The notes under the pieces: generated by a model | Told to the model about the DNA's origin: nothing | Database searches by the model: none | What the model saw: only the letters and a program-made list of their open reading frames with translations | Position numbers and translations under genes: made by a program | Part shown: piece after piece, positions 61,230 to 64,000 of the stretch | Layout of the letters: every line of letters starts with the position of its first letter | Numbering within the stretch: position 1 is the stretch's first letter | From: an uncultured Bacteroidia bacterium | GTDB lineage: Bacteria > Bacteroidota > Bacteroidia > Bacteroidales > F082 | Length of the DNA stretch: 64,000 bases | Reading direction: 5' to 3' | Assembly: GCA_902780195.1 (NCBI GenBank) | Contig: CACZER010000001.1 | Coordinates: 24,626 to 88,625 of the forward strand

Positions 61230-63302
61230 ATGATAGCAAAAGAATTACTTAATCCGAGAAGCATTGTCGTATGCGGTGCCTCGTCCGACATCCATAAACC
61301 AGGTGGTAAATCATTGAAGAACCTCCTGGAGAGCCCTTTTAAAGGTCAGGTTTATGCTGTGAACCCCAAAGAGACCGAAGTGCAAGGCGTGAAGTGTTAC
61401 GCTAAAGTGGATGACCTTCCTCAGGTTGACTGTGCCATCCTCTGCATTGCCGCAAAGTTTTGCGCCCAAACGGTCGATGTGTTGGCTAAAGAGAAGGGCT
61501 GCAAAGGCTTTATCATCGTCAGTGCTGGTTTCTCTGAAGAGAGCCACGAAGGCGCTGAAATCGAGAAACACATCGTTGATACCATTAACAGCGTCGGCGG
61601 TTCTCTCATCGGTCCCAATTGCACGGGTTTCCTTAACGTGAACTATGCTGGCTGCTTCGACACCCCCATCCCTCCGTTGGATCCTAAGGGCGTGGACTTC
61701 ATCACGGGTAGCGGTGCCACCGCCGTGTTTATCAAAGAATACGGCATGAGCAATGGCTTGAAGTTCAACAGCGTGTGGGCCGTAGGTAACAGCGCTCAAT
61801 TGGGTATAGAAGATGTGTTGGAACACCTCGACGAGACCTTCGACCCTGAGAAGTCGAGTCATGTCATCATGCTTTACATGGAGAAAATCGGTGACCCACA
61901 GCGTTTGCTCAAACATAGCCGCAGTCTCATCAACAAGGGCTGTCACATCGCTGCTATCAAGAGTGGTGGTAGCGCTGCAGGTAGCCGCGCCGCATCATCA
62001 CATACGGGCGCCCTGGCCACTAACGATGCTGCCGTCGATGCCTTGTTCCGTAAGGCAGGCATTGTGCGTTGCCATAACCGTCAGGAACTCACCACTGTCT
62101 GTGGCGTGTTCATGCATCCCGAATTGAAAGGGAAACGCTGCGCCGTCATTACCCATGCCGGTGGCCCCGCAGTGATGCTCACCGACGTGCTCAGCAATGG
62201 TGGCATGGAAGTTCCTTCGCTGAAAGACCATCCCGCCAGCCCAGCCTTGCTCGCAAAGCTTTACGGAGGCTCCTCTGTGGGCAACCCCATCGACTTCCTC
62301 GCAACAGGTACTGCTGAGCAACTTGGCTATATCATCGATACTGTCGAGAACGAGTACGATGAGATTGACTTCTCCGTGGTCATTTTCGGCTCGCCCGGCC
62401 TGTTCAGCAATAAGGAAGTGTATGATCTGCTCGATGAGAAGATGAAGACCTGCAAGAAGCCCATTTTCCCTGTGTTGCCTTCCATCATCAACGTCAAGGA
62501 AGAGATAGAGGACTTCATTGCTAAAGGACGCATCAACTTCCCAGAGGAGTGCGTGCTGGGTAACGCCATATGTAAGGTCTACAACACTCCGAAACCGCAG
62601 CCAGAACACGTGGAGCTGCCTCAAGTCGACGTGGCGCGCATCCGACGCACAATCGACCGTTGTAAGGATGGCTATTTGGAGATTGCCGACTACAACGAGT
62701 TGCTTGACGCCGCCGGCATTAGCCGTAAGAAGAGCGTTGAAGTGAGCAAGAAAGAAGATGCCCTCGCCTTTGCCAAGGAAGTGGGCTGCTCGAAGGATGT
62801 CCCGCTCGTTATGAAGGTCGTCGGCCCATTACATAAAAGCGACGTGGGTGGCGTGACGCTCGGCGTTAAAGATCTTGACACGGTGGCCAAGGAGTTTGAC
62901 CGTTTGATCGTTATTCCTGAGACTTATGCTGTGGAGATGTATCCGATGCTTGACGGTACTGACGTATACATTGGCGCCATCAAGGATGCCAAGTTCGGCC
63001 ATCAAATCTTCTTCGGACTGGGTGGTATTTTCATCGAAGTTCTGAAAGATGTCCAATCGGCATTGGCACCGATCACGGCTGACGAAGCCAAAGAGATGCT
63101 CAAACAGCTCAAGGGCTATAAGATTTTGCAGGGCGTGCGTGGTCAAGAAGGCGTTAACCTTGACCTTTACGCCGACCAGGTGGCTCGCGTTAGCGCTTTG
63201 GTACAAGCTGCTCCTGAGATTGCCGAGATGGACCTCAACCCATTGCTGGGTAATCCTCGTTACGTCACGGCTGTGGATGCACGTATTAGAATTGAAAAAT
63301 AA
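61230..63302 (+). CDS. ADP-forming acetyl-CoA synthetase / acetate--CoA ligase family protein (CoA-binding + succinyl-CoA-synthetase-like + ATP-grasp domains)
   Basis: Has the N-terminal CoA-binding fold (LLNPRSIVVCGASSDIHKPGGK), GPNCTGF and SHTGALA (phospho-His loop). The C-terminal ATP-grasp_5-like domain has MKVVGPLHKSDVGGV. It is 690 aa. Confidence 0.8.
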   Translation: MIAKELLNPRSIVVCGASSDIHKPGGKSLKNLLESPFKGQVYAVNPKETEVQGVKCYAKVDDLPQVDCAILCIAAKFCAQTVDVLAKEKGCKGFIIVSAGFSEESHEGAEIEKHIVDTINSVGGSLIGPNCTGFLNVNYAGCFDTPIPPLDPKGVDFITGSGATAVFIKEYGMSNGLKFNSVWAVGNSAQLGIEDVLEHLDETFDPEKSSHVIMLYMEKIGDPQRLLKHSRSLINKGCHIAAIKSGGSAAGSRAASSHTGALATNDAAVDALFRKAGIVRCHNRQELTTVCGVFMHPELKGKRCAVITHAGGPAVMLTDVLSNGGMEVPSLKDHPASPALLAKLYGGSSVGNPIDFLATGTAEQLGYIIDTVENEYDEIDFSVVIFGSPGLFSNKEVYDLLDEKMKTCKKPIFPVLPSIINVKEEIEDFIAKGRINFPEECVLGNAICKVYNTPKPQPEHVELPQVDVARIRRTIDRCKDGYLEIADYNELLDAAGISRKKSVEVSKKEDALAFAKEVGCSKDVPLVMKVVGPLHKSDVGGVTLGVKDLDTVAKEFDRLIVIPETYAVEMYPMLDGTDVYIGAIKDAKFGHQIFFGLGGIFIEVLKDVQSALAPITADEAKEMLKQLKGYKILQGVRGQEGVNLDLYADQVARVSALVQAAPEIAEMDLNPLLGNPRYVTAVDARIRIEK

Positions 63303-63311
63303 TTAGGGTGC

Positions 63312-63342
63312 TGTAGAGACGCAAAAACCTTGCGTCTCTACA
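63312..63342 (+). repeat. GTAGAGACG-family hairpin (copy 3 of 3)
   Basis: TGTAGAGACGCAA-AAACC-TTGCGTCTCTACA starts 10 nt after the stop codon. No T-tract follows. Confidence 0.75.
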
Positions 63343-63360
63343 CACCAAATCATTTGAAAC

Positions 63361-63669
63361 ATGATTACCGAAAAAGCAACCTATTACCTTGTCTATGCTG
63401 CATTGGTCGTCGTCACCTTTTTGCTCGACAACCTGCTGCTGAAAAAGACCGACAAGACCAGTCGTACCATTGGTTACATCCTTAGTGTCATCGTCGATTT
63501 GGCCATTTTTGGCTATGGCATTTACCTATATCTTGCCAAAGGTGAAGACCAGACCGGTTTCGTGTTAGGAGGCATCCTATGCGGATTGTGCCTGTTGTGC
63601 TTGCTGGGACGTTATTGGCAGAACAAGGAACAAGATAAGAAGGCGAGGAACTTGACTCGGGATGAATAA
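63361..63669 (+). CDS. small hypothetical membrane protein (3 predicted TM helices)
   Basis: 102 aa with hydrophobic segments YYLVYAALVVVTFLL, IGYILSVIVDLAIFGYGIYLYL and FVLGGILCGLCLLCLLG, and a basic tail. Its stop codon overlaps the next gene's start (ATGAATAA). Confidence 0.5.
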   Translation: MITEKATYYLVYAALVVVTFLLDNLLLKKTDKTSRTIGYILSVIVDLAIFGYGIYLYLAKGEDQTGFVLGGILCGLCLLCLLGRYWQNKEQDKKARNLTRDE

Positions 63670-64000
63670 GTCATGTAGAGTCATACTGTTACTGCTGTTT
63701 TTCCCTTTTATACTTTTAGGGCAGACGGATACGGTGCTTTTTTCCAGCCGCGGTGGGTTCTATGACGAAAGCTTTACCTTGGCTATGGAAAGTCAACAGG
63801 GTCATCGTATTCGCTACACTTTCAATGGAGAGACGCCAACGGCAAGCTCGACACTTTATAACGGCCCAATTTTTTTGGACGAACATTGTTTTTCTAGGTC
63901 AAACATCCATACGATTGTCAATTGCATCCCGTCGGTTTATCATGCCGTGACGGATGTTGAACGGGTTATTGTGATTCGGGCTGCGGCTTTCGATGACCAT
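63662..64000 (+). CDS. second CotH-family paralogue, N-terminal part (runs off the right edge)
   Basis: An open frame from the ATG at 63662 to the window end, 113 codons and exactly in frame: MNKSCRVILLLLFFPFILLGQTDTVLFSSRGGFYDESFTLAMESQQGHRIRYTFNGETPTASSTLYNGPIF...VIVIRAAAFDDH. It is colinear with the N-terminus of the CotH protein at 34702-36534 (VIFSTNGGFYEEPFELTL...IHFTTNGNIPTVEDPIYSNPL...CIVIRAAAFDAEG). It is not in the ORF track because it has no stop codon. Confidence 0.65.
   Translation, partial: MNKSCRVILLLLFFPFILLGQTDTVLFSSRGGFYDESFTLAMESQQGHRIRYTFNGETPTASSTLYNGPIFLDEHCFSRSNIHTIVNCIPSVYHAVTDVERVIVIRAAAFDDH

Noticed and set aside
63753-63950. A 65-aa plus-strand ORF listed in the track near the right edge.
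   Set aside because: It lies out of frame inside the open-ended CotH-like frame (63662-64000). That frame shows clear similarity to the other CotH protein.
1-64000. A whole-window scan for tRNA, rRNA, CRISPR arrays, IS elements, integrases and phage or defence-system genes.
   Set aside because: I found none by eye. There are no T-loop-like GGTTCGAATCC motifs in the intergenic regions. No ORF has transposase, integrase, nuclease-ATPase or toxin-antitoxin hallmarks. A computational scan (tRNAscan-SE, Infernal, ISfinder, DefenseFinder) is needed to confirm the absence.

Overview
The window looks like a Bacteroidota chromosomal segment. The evidence is many TAnnTTTG -7 promoter boxes, type IX secretion (T9SS) genes, lipoprotein signal peptides and C-terminal T9SS sorting domains. 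The order is probably Bacteroidales, but I cannot name the organism. I support about 50 protein-coding genes. By eye I found no rRNA, tRNA, CRISPR array, transposase, integrase or prophage.

Layout, left to right:
- 1-2080: a partial DUF218-like gene, then lpxC and lpxA.
- 2077-9259, minus strand: a tightly packed envelope gene string of a GldJ-like lipoprotein, murF, anmK, a Wzx-like flippase, a SAM methyltransferase and a GT4 glycosyltransferase.
- 9639-18232: a T9SS sortase locus with two tandem PorU paralogues followed by PorV.
- 18291-39318: a porin plus Gate-domain transporter pair, hsp20, MFS, GNAT, an EEP nuclease/phosphatase, two DMT transporters flanking a TrmH methyltransferase, a CaCA antiporter, YggS, ffh, folD, a TPR/beta-propeller/OmpA protein, a rhomboid protease, a T9SS-sorted CotH protein, gcvT and an HD hydrolase.
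- 39420-48307: a glycogen cluster of a debranching-type amylo-1,6-glucosidase, a GT4, a GH57 and a 1408-aa in-frame fusion of a GT3 glycogen synthase with a GT35 alpha-glucan phosphorylase.
- 48391-64000: NfeD/SPFH; two paralogous ~70-aa HTH proteins flanking a lipoprotein-TPR-TM-LuxR-type regulator; a NUDIX hydrolase; a 2616-aa multidomain T9SS cargo protein; an ADP-forming acetyl-CoA synthetase; a small membrane protein; and the start of a second CotH paralogue.

The most interesting items are:
- the duplicated PorU sortase, with both copies keeping the catalytic His/Cys;
- the synthase::phosphorylase fusion;
- the small-HTH / TPR-LuxR regulatory trio next to the giant cargo gene, which carries internally duplicated uncharacterised modules;
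- a recurring GTAGAGACG hairpin element.

All coordinates were counted by hand from the sequence and the ORF track. Family assignments rest on recognisable motifs, not on database searches.
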